The notes beneath the pieces are model-generated. The model had not been told where the DNA came from and did not search any database. It saw only the letters and a list, made by a program, of their open reading frames with translations. Made by a program: the position numbers and the translations under genes. DNA of 32,648 bases from a virus (lineage: Duplodnaviria > Caudoviricetes), in the IMG/VR virus record IMGVR_UViG_3300032227_001595, positions 1-32,648 of that record; one strand, given 5' to 3'. Shown in pieces: positions 1-10,400 of this stretch (positions are counted from its first letter, which is position 1; every line of letters starts with the position of its first letter).

Positions 1-123
1 ACAACCTGAACCAGGCGCGGAACTACGAGAAGAAGTACGACGCCGAGGTCACCCGGTTGGCGAAGCGCTACGTCGACAGCGTGGACATGGACCTCGTCCG
101 TGGGCAGTTCGGTGCCATGACCA
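1..123. repeat. Terminal direct repeat (left copy); circular assembly overlap
   Basis: Bases 1-123 are identical to 32526-32648, and a reading frame continues cleanly across the join. Confidence 0.97.
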
Positions 124-170
124 GGACGTGGTCGCCCTTCGACCCGACCTCGCTGCGGAGGCTGAACTAA
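1..170 (+). CDS. 3' end of the head-tail adaptor gene that starts at 31178 (wraps the origin)
   Basis: Frame continues ...GAMT|RTWSPFDPTSLRRLN* to TAA 168-170, which overlaps the next ATG (TAATG). Confidence 0.9.
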   Translation, partial: NLNQARNYEKKYDAEVTRLAKRYVDSVDMDLVRGQFGAMTRTWSPFDPTSLRRLN

Positions 171-2407
171 TGGAAAGCCAGACCTTCCCCGAGACCATCG
201 CCGGCGGACTCGACCAGCGGTACTTCCCCGACGCCAACGCCGGGGCCGTCGTCGAGAACTTCCGGTACGAGCCGTCGGGAGGCTGGCGCAACGACCGCGG
301 GTGGGAGCCCCTCATCCCGTACCCGACGCCGTGGTCCATCCCGCTGTCGGAGGTCACCGACCTGTACCAGCCGTGCCGCTTCCTCAGCGTCATCCAGCGG
401 CACCAGGGCGGCGAGGAGTACTACCTGCAGGAGCGCAACGGCATCCTGTTCTACGAGTACGGGAACGCCGGCACGTCTGCGCTTGGCAACAAGGTGGTGC
501 TGGACAAGGACCGCAACCTCCCGCGCGCCGATGACCCCGGCACGCAGGCCATCCCGTACGGGCGCCTGACCGCCATCATCAACGGCTACGACAAGGCGCT
601 GGCGTGGTGGGGCCGCGGCCTCGTGTACCAGTTCGGGTTCTACCAGCGGCCGCCCGCCCTGACACCGCTCGACGTGCAGACCGACTACAACCAGGGCACG
701 GCGTTCCCGCCGACTGGCAGCCCGACGGACAACAACCTGTCCGGCATCGCCGTGCAGTTCCCGGCCGGCAGCATCCTCGGCCTCGGCGATCCTGACGGCG
801 GGTCGGTCAACTCGTACTCGTACTTCCGCACGGACATCACCGCGTCCGGCAGCGAGTCCCCGATGTCCACTGTGTCCACGACCTCGTGGACCATCCCGAC
901 CGGGTCGCGCCCCATCGACGTGGCGAACCAGAAGAAGTACGGCGTCATGCTGGTCGGCCTCGACCCCGGTCCGAACGGCACCGTCGCGCGCCGCATCTAC
1001 CGCACGAAGAACAAGCGGGACGGCATCAGTGGTGCCGGGGACATCTTCTACCTGGTCGCGCAGATCGACGACAACAACACGACCGCCTACCTCGATGTGA
1101 CGCCGGACAACCAGCTCACGCAGCAGGCCCCGTCCGTGTCGGACAGCGTGACCATCTCGACCTCGTACAAGTATGGCGCGTCGTGGAACGGCTGCTTCTG
1201 GCTGGCCGGCGGAGAGGCCACCCCGACCCGCCTCATCTACTCGGTGCAGGGTCTGCCCGAGCAGTTCCCCGCGTTCAACTTCTTCGACGTTGGCGTGCGG
1301 GACGGCGGGCACATCACCGCCCTGTACCCGTACTACGACGTGCTCCTCGTCTTCCGCGAGCGCTCCATCGACGCGGTGTTCACCAACGCCTCGGGCGACG
1401 GGTTCACCTGCACGACGGTGAAGAAGGACTGCGGCACCACGGCGACGAACAGCATCCGACTGGTGCCCGGCTACGGCGTGGTCTTCCTGAACAAGGACGG
1501 CTTCTGGATTGTGAAGGGCGGCATGCGCGGCGGGGCTGAGATCCAGGTCGACAGCCTGTCCGGCAAGATCGAGAAGGAGATGGGCCGCCTCAGCAAGAAC
1601 GCGCTCCAGCGTGCGTGCGCGGCATACTCCGACCGCGAGAAGGAGTACTGGTGCATCTACCCGGTGGACGGCCAGACCGAGTGCAGCCGTGGAGCAGCCC
1701 TGAACATCGTGAACGGGGAGTGGTCGACCCGCGGCGGGACCTACGAGAACAGCGACCGCCAGTGGGACTTCACGACCATCGCCACCGACCAGAGTGGGTA
1801 CTTCATCCTGGGCACGCGCCCGAAGTACAACAGCGCCACCCCGACGTCGAGCGACGCCTACCCAGGCCTCGGCTTGCAGGTCTGGTCGGGCCGCACCGCC
1901 TGGGGTGACACGGTCGGTATCGTCTCGCAGCAGGGGCTCTACACCCTGACGCCGGCAGCGAAGGCGCAGGGCCTCAGCGTGTGGCAGTCGACGTGGTACG
2001 ACTTCGGCGACGACAGCATCAAGAAGCGCGTCCTGAGCGTGGAGCTGGACGTGCTGACCGAGGGCGACAACGGCATCGAGCTGCTGTGGGCTGAGGACTG
2101 GGGCTACACCTTCACGTCCGCCGGCACGGTCTGGCCGCAGATCGGCGAGGTCAAGGGCACCGCGAAGGAGCAGGCGACCTACGCCCCGGCCGTGGCTGGA
2201 GCAGGCAACGTGGCCACCTACGACACCTCGAAGTGGGAGGAGCCGCGGGTGACCCGCCTGCGGTGGGATGTGCGCACCGGCCTCGTGTCGCACTTCCAGT
2301 TCAAGGTGCAGTCCGCGAACCACATGCAGATCGTCCGCTTCCAGATGAACTTCATCGGCGGCTCGGTCAAGACCATCAACACCCGCGCACCGGGGGCGAA
2401 GAGCTGA
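170..2407 (+). CDS. Tail nozzle / tail tubular protein B-like (P22 gp10 / T7 gp12 analogue), 745 aa
   Basis: Start at ATG 170 (TAATG coupling) rather than 128. Beta-rich, propeller-like segments (RLIYSVQGLPEQFP, GGHITAL..YYDVLLVFRERSI, VVFLNKDGFWIV, WQSTWYDFGDDSIKKRV). Sits directly after the adaptor. Confidence 0.75.
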   Translation: MESQTFPETIAGGLDQRYFPDANAGAVVENFRYEPSGGWRNDRGWEPLIPYPTPWSIPLSEVTDLYQPCRFLSVIQRHQGGEEYYLQERNGILFYEYGNAGTSALGNKVVLDKDRNLPRADDPGTQAIPYGRLTAIINGYDKALAWWGRGLVYQFGFYQRPPALTPLDVQTDYNQGTAFPPTGSPTDNNLSGIAVQFPAGSILGLGDPDGGSVNSYSYFRTDITASGSESPMSTVSTTSWTIPTGSRPIDVANQKKYGVMLVGLDPGPNGTVARRIYRTKNKRDGISGAGDIFYLVAQIDDNNTTAYLDVTPDNQLTQQAPSVSDSVTISTSYKYGASWNGCFWLAGGEATPTRLIYSVQGLPEQFPAFNFFDVGVRDGGHITALYPYYDVLLVFRERSIDAVFTNASGDGFTCTTVKKDCGTTATNSIRLVPGYGVVFLNKDGFWIVKGGMRGGAEIQVDSLSGKIEKEMGRLSKNALQRACAAYSDREKEYWCIYPVDGQTECSRGAALNIVNGEWSTRGGTYENSDRQWDFTTIATDQSGYFILGTRPKYNSATPTSSDAYPGLGLQVWSGRTAWGDTVGIVSQQGLYTLTPAAKAQGLSVWQSTWYDFGDDSIKKRVLSVELDVLTEGDNGIELLWAEDWGYTFTSAGTVWPQIGEVKGTAKEQATYAPAVAGAGNVATYDTSKWEEPRVTRLRWDVRTGLVSHFQFKVQSANHMQIVRFQMNFIGGSVKTINTRAPGAKS

Positions 2408-3174
2408 TGCCCAGGCAGTACACCCAGCGCGCCTTCATCGGCGGCAACCTCGCGAACGCCGAGGACTGGAACGGCGAGTTGTCCACAGCCGCGTCGGAGT
2501 TGTCCGGCCAGCTCGACCAGAACAACATGCCTCTCGACACGGTCAACGGCTCGAAGGTCGTGCCCGCGACGGTGGTGACGGAGGTCGACAACACGGCCTT
2601 CGCTCACGACCTCATCACGCACACGTACATGCAGAGCCAGAGCTACCACGTGTCCTCGTCCTGCCTCATCGACACGGACCCCGGCTCCGTCACGTACTCG
2701 ACGGCGTGGCAGAAGGAGGACTGGCAGCTCGGGTGGATGCGCCTGGCAGAGAAGCGCCTCGTCGTGGTCGGCGGCAAGACCTACTTCGCCGGCTCGGAGC
2801 TGCGGTTCAACGCCAAAGAAGGCATGCTCGTCGGCGAGGCGTTCATCGACGCGACGTGGCGCGGGTCGTACCTGACGGGCCTCATCGACGGCATCGGCGT
2901 GGGCTCGCCACGGGTGCGGAACTTCGCCGAGTTCGGCGTGTTCGTGAACGACGTGTGCGTAGCGCGCACCGGGCTGCAGTTCCTCGGCGGGCGGTTCACC
3001 TTCGTCATCCCGTACAGCACGCCGGTCGCCACGCAGGAGTGCGTCATCGACCTTCGCTTCCGGCTACAGTTCACCAACCAGAAGGCAGGCTCCACCTTCA
3101 CCATCGTGACCGAGGACATCCGTCCCTTCACGCTCGGTGACAGCGGCGTCTGGGCGAGGAACCAGTACCGATGA
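2407..3174 (+). CDS. Tail fibre/anchor-like virion protein 1 (255 aa)
   Basis: TGATG coupling at 2405-2409. N-terminus FIGGNLANAEDWNGEL resembles podovirus fibre attachment segments; C-terminus is beta-rich. Confidence 0.6.
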   Translation: MPRQYTQRAFIGGNLANAEDWNGELSTAASELSGQLDQNNMPLDTVNGSKVVPATVVTEVDNTAFAHDLITHTYMQSQSYHVSSSCLIDTDPGSVTYSTAWQKEDWQLGWMRLAEKRLVVVGGKTYFAGSELRFNAKEGMLVGEAFIDATWRGSYLTGLIDGIGVGSPRVRNFAEFGVFVNDVCVARTGLQFLGGRFTFVIPYSTPVATQECVIDLRFRLQFTNQKAGSTFTIVTEDIRPFTLGDSGVWARNQYR

Positions 3175-3872
3175 GCACCATTCCCATCCACACCTACGGC
3201 GCTGGCGATCCCATCCTGGCCTCCGAGGTCAACGCGGACTTTGCGGCCATCCAGACCGGAACCGCGGCGCTGACCGACGAGAACACCCGCACGGAGTGGT
3301 GCAGCCGCGCCCACATCGACGAGTTCCCGGCGACCCGCACGTTCAACCGGGACTTCGACTTCATCGAGAACGACGCCGCGACCTTCAACCTCACGAGCAA
3401 CACGTGGGTGCAGATCGTCCTCGGCGCCGCCTTCCGCATCACGTACATCACGCCCATCGTCCTGGAGCCGGGGCAGGTACTGCGGGCACACTTCGACGTG
3501 AACGTCATGTCCGTCACGACCGACAACGCCGTCGGCCCGCAGGACGCTCCGACCACCAACTCGACGGACTGCTACCAGTTCTCGTTCTGGATTCAGGACG
3601 GCTCGCTCCAGGTGAAGCAGCTCGGCTGCACATCGACGTACTCGACCACCATCCGGCCCATCGCCCCGGCCGCGGCCCTCGGCGTCGGCAGCATGGACGA
3701 GTACCAGCGAATCGGGCAGCGGTGCAACCACACGCTCTGCTATGTGAACAACACGAACGCGAACGTCACCATCAACTGGATTGAAGTCCGCGGCCGGCTG
3801 TGGGATACGGCCTGGCTCGACTTGGTGACCCTGCGGTACGGGACGTTCACCGTGTTCACCGGGAGGTACTGA
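3171..3872 (+). CDS. Tail fibre/anchor-like virion protein 2 (233 aa)
   Basis: ATGA overlap. N-terminus YGAGDPILASEVNADFAAI is a classic fibre N-terminal pattern. Confidence 0.65.
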   Translation: MSTIPIHTYGAGDPILASEVNADFAAIQTGTAALTDENTRTEWCSRAHIDEFPATRTFNRDFDFIENDAATFNLTSNTWVQIVLGAAFRITYITPIVLEPGQVLRAHFDVNVMSVTTDNAVGPQDAPTTNSTDCYQFSFWIQDGSLQVKQLGCTSTYSTTIRPIAPAAALGVGSMDEYQRIGQRCNHTLCYVNNTNANVTINWIEVRGRLWDTAWLDLVTLRYGTFTVFTGRY

Positions 3873-4570
3873 TGCCCTACACCCCGCCCAACGTCGTCGT
3901 TGCCGGCACGCAGGTCGACGCCACGGCCCTGCAGGGAAACACCTCGGCGCTCCGGCTGTACCTGAACCGCGGCATCGCTGCGGGTGACGTGCCTGTGGAC
4001 AGCGTGACGACGACCGACCTCGTGCGCGGCGAGTTCGTCGCAGTGGTTCCCGACCACCTGTTCACGACGGGCGACCTGTACACGGAGTTCGTGGACGAGA
4101 ACATCTACGACTACGACTACTTCACGTCGCACTTCAAGTCGTATGACCTCTACGCCACGAAGCTGCAGCCTGTGCCCGTGGGCGGCAAGCGCATCGTCAT
4201 GGAGGACCACGGCTTCATCGTGATGTCCATTGGCCTGCACGTGCAGGGCGACGAGAACTACGAGCTGACCCCGCAGAAGAAGGCTTCGGGCGTCTACGTC
4301 CGCATCAGCCTGAACGACCGCATCCTCACCACCGATACGCGCCTTGCCTCGTATGGCCGGGCGTACACTGAGGACGACGTGGCCGCGGATGTGGACAACT
4401 CCGGTGCGCTCGGTGTGGACGGCTTCGCCGCCCGCCGCTGGTACTGTCAGCGGTACCGCTTCGCCGCGGCCAAGGGCGATGTCGTGAACGTGACCGTCGC
4501 GATAGACCCCCGCTGTGACAAGATGTGGGTCGGGGCGCGCAACGTCAACTTCGAGGTCTTCTACAGGTAG
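3872..4570 (+). CDS. Tail fibre/anchor-like virion protein 3 (232 aa)
   Basis: TGATG coupling with GGGAGG RBS upstream. N-terminus MPYTPPNVVVAGTQVDATALQGN. Confidence 0.6.
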   Translation: MPYTPPNVVVAGTQVDATALQGNTSALRLYLNRGIAAGDVPVDSVTTTDLVRGEFVAVVPDHLFTTGDLYTEFVDENIYDYDYFTSHFKSYDLYATKLQPVPVGGKRIVMEDHGFIVMSIGLHVQGDENYELTPQKKASGVYVRISLNDRILTTDTRLASYGRAYTEDDVAADVDNSGALGVDGFAARRWYCQRYRFAAAKGDVVNVTVAIDPRCDKMWVGARNVNFEVFYR

Positions 4571-4579
4571 GAGGGCAGC

Positions 4580-5311
4580 ATGGCTGGAGTAGGAGGAACG
4601 GTCGGCAGTGTGGTCGGGGGTGCCATCGGTACCGCCATCGCGCCGGGCGTGGGCACGGCCATCGGCTCTGCTCTGGGTGGAGCCCTCGGCTCGTACGGGG
4701 CTTCGGCTCTGACGAACAAGAGCGTCTTCGACATCACGGAGGCGGAGCGTGAGAACGCCCGCCGTCTGGCTGAACTGCGTCGTCGGCAGGAGCTGGGCAC
4801 CCTCGGCCTTAGCGAGCGGGAGCAGCAGTCGCTGTTCACCAAGCAGCAGGGTCAGATTCAGGGCCAGCTCCAGCAGGCGCAGCAGAACATCCGCGCCTCG
4901 GGTGCGGCGGGCATGATGTCCGGCGCTGGCCTCGACGCACTCCGCCAGGCCCAGCTGGCCGAGGGCGGGGCTCAGCAGATGGCCACCGTGCAGCGGGACA
5001 TCGAGGCACGCAACATCGAAGAGGCGGCGCGGCAGCGTGCCGAAATCGAGGAGCGCATCGCCACAAAGGACGAGTACGAACTGCGCCGGAAGCAGGCTCG
5101 CGAGGCTATGCTCGAAGAGGCGCTCGGTGCCGGCGAGGGTGAACTCATCCAGTCGGACAAGGCAGGGACGATGGCCACCCCCTCTCAGGCAGAGATGGAC
5201 AAGATGGCCACGGCGCTCGGCATCCCGGCCGACAAGGTGGCGGGCATCTTCCCGTTCCTGAAGCAGAACCCTGACCTCGCCCAGTACTTCGCCATGGCGA
5301 TGGGAGGCTGA
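4580..5311 (+). CDS. Small ejection/DNA transfer (pilot) protein, P22 gp7-like
   Basis: AGGAGG RBS. Gly-zipper hydrophobic N-terminus (GGTVGSVVGGAIGTAIAPGVGTAIGSALGGALG) followed by a Q/E/R-rich coiled coil. First of three large helical genes after the tail genes. Confidence 0.65.
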   Translation: MAGVGGTVGSVVGGAIGTAIAPGVGTAIGSALGGALGSYGASALTNKSVFDITEAERENARRLAELRRRQELGTLGLSEREQQSLFTKQQGQIQGQLQQAQQNIRASGAAGMMSGAGLDALRQAQLAEGGAQQMATVQRDIEARNIEEAARQRAEIEERIATKDEYELRRKQAREAMLEEALGAGEGELIQSDKAGTMATPSQAEMDKMATALGIPADKVAGIFPFLKQNPDLAQYFAMAMGG

Positions 5312-5312
5312 G

Positions 5313-7475
5313 ATGGCTGTCGAGAAGCTCGCATCTGGTCGCATCTTCGTAGGCGCTCCGTACCGTCGGACGGCCGCGGAGAACTACGTCAGCCTGTTCA
5401 CGAAGAGCCGCCTTGAGGAGTTCGAGCGCGCCCAGAAGGACGCACGCGAAGAGGCTGACCTCAAGAAGCTGGAGTACAAGGCGCAGCTCGCCGCGTACCA
5501 GGAGCGCATCAAGTCGGCGGAGCGTCAGCGCGCGAAGCTCGCAGACCTGCGCGCCCGCACAATGAACAAGCAGATCGACGACGCCACTGCGCTGCGGGAG
5601 CTGGAGTACACCCTCGGCGAGAAGTACGCCGGCCGGCAGGACGCGATGGACCGCGCGCGCGCCGAGGTGCGCTCGTACACTGCTGGCGGGACGACCACGA
5701 CCACGTCGACCGGAGGGTTCGGTGGCGGGGGCGGGGGCGCTCCGAAGCTCCCCGACCTGTCCCCGTCGTCCGGCACGCAGCAGAAGCTGGACACCATCAA
5801 GGGCCAGTTGGGCAGCGCCCCGTCCTCCGAGGCGCAGGTGCAGGCCATCGTCCGCGAGACCGGTCCGCAGGGCATGCTCACCACCGAGGATCCCAACGAC
5901 CGCCGCAAGGCTGTGGGTCAGGTGACCGAGCGTCTCGCCAAGGAAGAGGAAGGCAAGCTCGTCGCGGCTGGTGTCGATGCGGCCACGGCACGCAGCAGCG
6001 CCCGCGCGTACGCGAAGAGCAAGGCGCTGGAGGTCAACCCGGCCCTGGCCGCGGACATCGACCAGTACTACGCCGACGTGGACGCCGTCGCTTCGGGCGT
6101 ACCTACGGGCGGCGGAGGTGGCGGTGGAACCCGTGTCAGCACGAGCGACCGTGAGGTCGGGTTCTACAAGCCGCGCGGTGGGCTCGGCGAGGCCAACGTC
6201 GCAGAGCCGGTAACCGTCGGCGAAGCGCCGTCTCGCGCGGACGTGCTGGCTGCCATCGACGCGGCGATGCTCAACATCCCGCAGCCCGGTGCACTGCCGG
6301 CACCTCCTTCGCTTGACCCGTTCACCCGTGGCCGCAGCCTGTACGCGCAGCGGTTCGGGCCGACTGTGGACGTGCCGGCCTACGCCCAGCGCAACCTGAC
6401 GCGCACGCTGCTCGACCTGCCGCCTGAGATGCAGGCCCAGATTGGCGCGTCGTACCGCGAGTACCTGGCGCAGCAGGAAGCCGAGGACCGTCGCACTCCC
6501 GAGAAGGAAGCCATCGTCGCCCGCGTGACGGATGATGCCGGGCTCCTGACCGAACCCCCTGTCGTCGGGGCCGCCGCTGCTGCTGCTCCTCCAGAGCCGG
6601 TTGCTCCTTCCGCTGCTCCTGCGGCGGCTCCGACGATTCCCGCGCCCGCTCCTCCGGTCGAGGCGGCACCCCCGCCCGAGCCCGCTGAGCCCCGCATCGC
6701 GCCCGAGCCCTACGTCGAGGACGCTGAGACCATCGCACTCCGCAAGCAGGCGATGGCTGCTGTTCAGGCGCGGGAGGTAGCCGCGAAGCGTGCAGAGATC
6801 GAGGCCGCACTCGCAAAGCGCAAGGCTGACCGTGGCCTCGTCGAGGGCATGTTCTCCCGGTACGACGACATCACCGGGGCGCAGTCGGGGCGCATGAAGG
6901 CGTTCATGGAGGCGGTGCCGTACATGCCGCTGACGCCTCCGCCGGTTCCTGAGCGTCGGACGTTGCCGCAGTTGACCCCGCCCGAGCAGCGGCCCGCGCC
7001 CGTCCCCATGCCGCGCATCAACACCGACCGTGCTGCGGAGCTGGCACTGCTCGGCGTGAAGCCCGAGGGGCCGGTTCCGGAGATGACGCCCCCGGCTGCG
7101 GCCCCGAAGAAGCCGGTGTACGCGCCGAAGATGGAGCCGAAGGGCCCCGGCCCGCTGGCTGCGAAGTCCCCTGCGGACATCCAGGCCGAGACGGATGCGA
7201 TGGTGTTGGCCGGTTCGTCCCTGGTCGCGCTGACCAAGAACCTCGTCGAGGACGAGAAGTTCCGTGAGCGCGTGCTGAAGACCAAGCCGGGGCAGTTCGC
7301 GGCCCAGGTCTACAGCGCCAACCGCGAAGCCAAGAAGACCATCGGTGCCAGTCAGAACACTGTCATCGACGAGTACATGGGCAACACCAAGGATATGGAG
7401 ACCGCGCTCGCGGTGGTCTATGCTCTCGACGCACTGACCAAGCCGCCGACCCCCGCGAAGGCCCTGACCAAGTAG
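5313..7475 (+). CDS. Middle ejection/internal virion protein (720 aa)
   Basis: GGGAGG RBS. N-terminal coiled coil, Gly/Thr and Pro/Ala linkers; position between the small and giant ejection genes. Confidence 0.6.
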   Translation: MAVEKLASGRIFVGAPYRRTAAENYVSLFTKSRLEEFERAQKDAREEADLKKLEYKAQLAAYQERIKSAERQRAKLADLRARTMNKQIDDATALRELEYTLGEKYAGRQDAMDRARAEVRSYTAGGTTTTTSTGGFGGGGGGAPKLPDLSPSSGTQQKLDTIKGQLGSAPSSEAQVQAIVRETGPQGMLTTEDPNDRRKAVGQVTERLAKEEEGKLVAAGVDAATARSSARAYAKSKALEVNPALAADIDQYYADVDAVASGVPTGGGGGGGTRVSTSDREVGFYKPRGGLGEANVAEPVTVGEAPSRADVLAAIDAAMLNIPQPGALPAPPSLDPFTRGRSLYAQRFGPTVDVPAYAQRNLTRTLLDLPPEMQAQIGASYREYLAQQEAEDRRTPEKEAIVARVTDDAGLLTEPPVVGAAAAAAPPEPVAPSAAPAAAPTIPAPAPPVEAAPPPEPAEPRIAPEPYVEDAETIALRKQAMAAVQAREVAAKRAEIEAALAKRKADRGLVEGMFSRYDDITGAQSGRMKAFMEAVPYMPLTPPPVPERRTLPQLTPPEQRPAPVPMPRINTDRAAELALLGVKPEGPVPEMTPPAAAPKKPVYAPKMEPKGPGPLAAKSPADIQAETDAMVLAGSSLVALTKNLVEDEKFRERVLKTKPGQFAAQVYSANREAKKTIGASQNTVIDEYMGNTKDMETALAVVYALDALTKPPTPAKALTK

Positions 7476-7483
7476 GAGCACCC

Positions 7484-10400
7484 ATGGCACAGCCGACTGA
7501 GGCAGAACTCGCCGAGCTTCGACGGAAGTACCCTGACCTCTTCCCGGCTGTCGCTGCTCCGGCAGCTCCTGCTGCGCCAAAGGCAGTTGCGCCGAAGCCG
7601 AAGCCTCAGCCGCGCGCGCCGAGCACGCCTGCTCCTGCCCGTAGTCCTGCTGCTCCTACGCTGCCGCCTACTGCCACTGCTGCGACTCCTACTGCTCTGC
7701 CTCAGAAGCAGTTCACGGCGGCGCGTGAGGACCTGTTCACCGTCGGCGGTGAGCAGTCCAAGCAGAAGGATCTCGCGCGGCTGAAGTCCCGCCTTGCCGC
7801 GGCGCCGGACTTCGAGACGTACATGCAGTTGCAGCGGGACATCGCTGCCATCGAAGACCAGCTCGCCCCCTCGGACGTTGCGCCGGCTCCTGGTGTTCCG
7901 ACCACGCGGCAGGGTGAGGGCGGACTGCTCGGCATCCCTGGCCTGGAGGTCGAGGCCACGCGCGGTGCGCTGAACCTGCCCGGCACTCCCGGCATCGGCG
8001 ACATCTTCCGCCCGCGTACGATGGTCGGCCCCATCGTGCAGGAGGAGGAGGCCACGACCGGGGCGGTGCGTGCGCGTGGTGAGCTGGCGAACCGTCTCAT
8101 CAGCGACAAGGACATCGCCGAGGCGGTCAAGGACAAGCCCGAGGATCAGTCCGCGTACATCGCCGCTGCGTACCAGGGCTACCGCGCCATCATCCGCAAC
8201 ATCGCGGAGTCCAACCCTGACCTCAGCGAGAAGGAGGTCATCGCCCGCGCCAAGGCGGAAATCGACGACATCGCCCTCATCGAAAAGGAAGGCAAGGGCC
8301 GGCTGGGCGTCACGACGCAGGAGCCGGGCAAGGACACCGGCGGGGTGACCAACCTCATCTTCAGCCGCAAGACGACGCCCGGAAGCGTGCCCAACGTCAG
8401 CGACGCGCAGATGGCCTACTACCAGACCGTCTTCGCCGAGAGCAGGGCACAGCGCGCGAAGGACGCTGAGGCTACGTTGCGGAAGCGCCTGACCGACGAG
8501 GACATCGTCGAGCCCGCCGCGGACATCACCGAGGCCGAGGTCGCAGCCGGCGGCACGCCCCGCATGATGACGCGCAAGCGGACCCCGCAGGAGATCGAGG
8601 ACGCTCTTCGGGCTCGTCTGCCTGAAGAGTTGTCGACGCTCAAGACTCCGTGGTTCCTCACCAAGGAGCGCGGTGACATCCTCGCCAACCCCGAGAAGTA
8701 CGCCACGAAGCAGCCGCTTCTCTACGGCGGGGCAACGGTCTACCCGACAGGGGCCACGCGCGAGGGCCTCGGTGCGTTCACCCTGCGCGTCGGTCTGGCT
8801 CCGCTGAACGTCGTCGGCACGGCCCTGACTGCCGGGTCTGCGCGCCTTGCAGAGAAGGCCGCGGCCGCGGTGGAGGGAACCGCAGTCAAGCCCGAACTCA
8901 GCGCCGTCAGCGCGGCGCGGGCCAAGCGGGCAGAGGACTTCCCGCGCCTGAAGGAACTGCCGGAGGGGTTCATCGGCGACCTGCAGGAGGCCGCCATCCA
9001 GGGCCGCGGCGGGGCGCAGTTCACCGGCGACCTGTACAAGGAGCTGGGCCTGAACCCGACGGTCGGTGCGGCTCTCGGTCTGGGTATCGACATCCTGGCC
9101 CCGCCCTTCGCCGGCGTCGTGTCGAGCACCACGGCTGGCGTGAAGGGCTTCAATGCCGCGCGCGCTGTCCGTGCGGCGGGTCTGCTGTCTGACGTGAGCC
9201 CAGCAACTGCTGGCCTGCGCGCTGCGGGCGGTGCGTTCAGGGACGCGTGGACGTGGCGCAGCCTCGGCGCTGGTGCGCTGAACGACGTGCTTCCCGGCAG
9301 TGTGCGTCTGGCCGCGGCCGAGGAGACGGGCAAGGTGCTCGGGTTCCGTGCGGCGCTCAAGGAAGCCGAGGAGGCTGCAGGTCGGGCGCTGACCTACGAC
9401 GAGATCGTCAAGGTCGCCAACGAGCACCGCGCCGCTGTCGGTGTGGGCAAGTGGGCCGATGACTTCCGCGCTGCTGCTCGGGCCGGACGCGATGAGGCCG
9501 AGCGATTCGCGGCTGAGCTGACCGATGACGTCGCCAACATCCCGGCGAAGGGTCACTACTTCAGCGGCTCGAAGAAGCTCCTGCAGGACGCCGACCCGTT
9601 CGTGAAGGCTGCTCGTGGCGGCGAGGAGTTGGCCGGTCTGACGGAGGGTCAGCTCCGTACCATCCTGGCCAACGCGGCCGGTCGGAGCGACGACGTGTTC
9701 CGCGTGATGTCGCAGAACCCCGGCATGGCCGCGGGCGGGCTGTTCCGTGCAGCCCTCGGTCAGTCGCCGGAGGCAGCCGCTGCGCTGCGCCAGGCCGCAG
9801 CCTCGACCGTGACGTACGACACCCTGGCCAAGGCGAGCGGAGGGTTCCGCAACCTGAAGGACATGGTCCTCATCAGCCCGCGGTTCATCGGCACCAGCGA
9901 GGGTGCAGCCCGCGCGCTTGAGGCCGCGCAGAACAGCCGCATCGGTGTGGCGCTGCGTGGGTTCACCGACAGCCTGCTGGAGGCAGAGAAGGCCGGCCGT
10001 CAGGTCATCGAGCAGGTGCTGCCTGACGCTGCCCTTCGCGCGCAGGGTGTTCGCGTTGACCGTCCTCTGCAGGCCGTGCGGGTAGACCCCGTCGATGTAG
10101 GCCGCATGCAGCGGGACCTGAACTACCTGTTCAACGCCGGCCACATCCCCAACGACCAGTACGTCCTGTCCTCGGCGCTGCTCGCACGTGAGACTCCGAT
10201 GATGCCGGTGTCGGGCCTGCGTGCTCTGGCCGAGGGCAACCTCAACGACGTCATCCTCCGCGGGGGCCAGGGTCTCAACGTCGAGGCGGTCAAGTACAGC
10301 AGCCCGTCCGCGCGTGGCGGGTTCATGGAGCGGCAGGCCGTTGCGCAGGAGACTGCAGCGCGCGCCCGCCTGTTCACGCCGACGCAGATGCGGTCCGTGT

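Noticed and set aside
1-123. 123-bp repeat as a biological terminal repeat or att site
   Set aside because: It lies in the middle of the adaptor coding sequence and the frame runs through it, which is what an assembler's circular overlap looks like.
128-169. Upstream starts given by the ORF track (128, 2233, 3800, 13074, 16677, 16942, 19290, 19950, 20165, 23768, 24443, 27704)
   Set aside because: Downstream ATGs with RBS or stop-start coupling (170, 2407, 3872, 13284, 16833, 17284, 19074, 20121, 19664, 23885, 24473, 28070) fit better.
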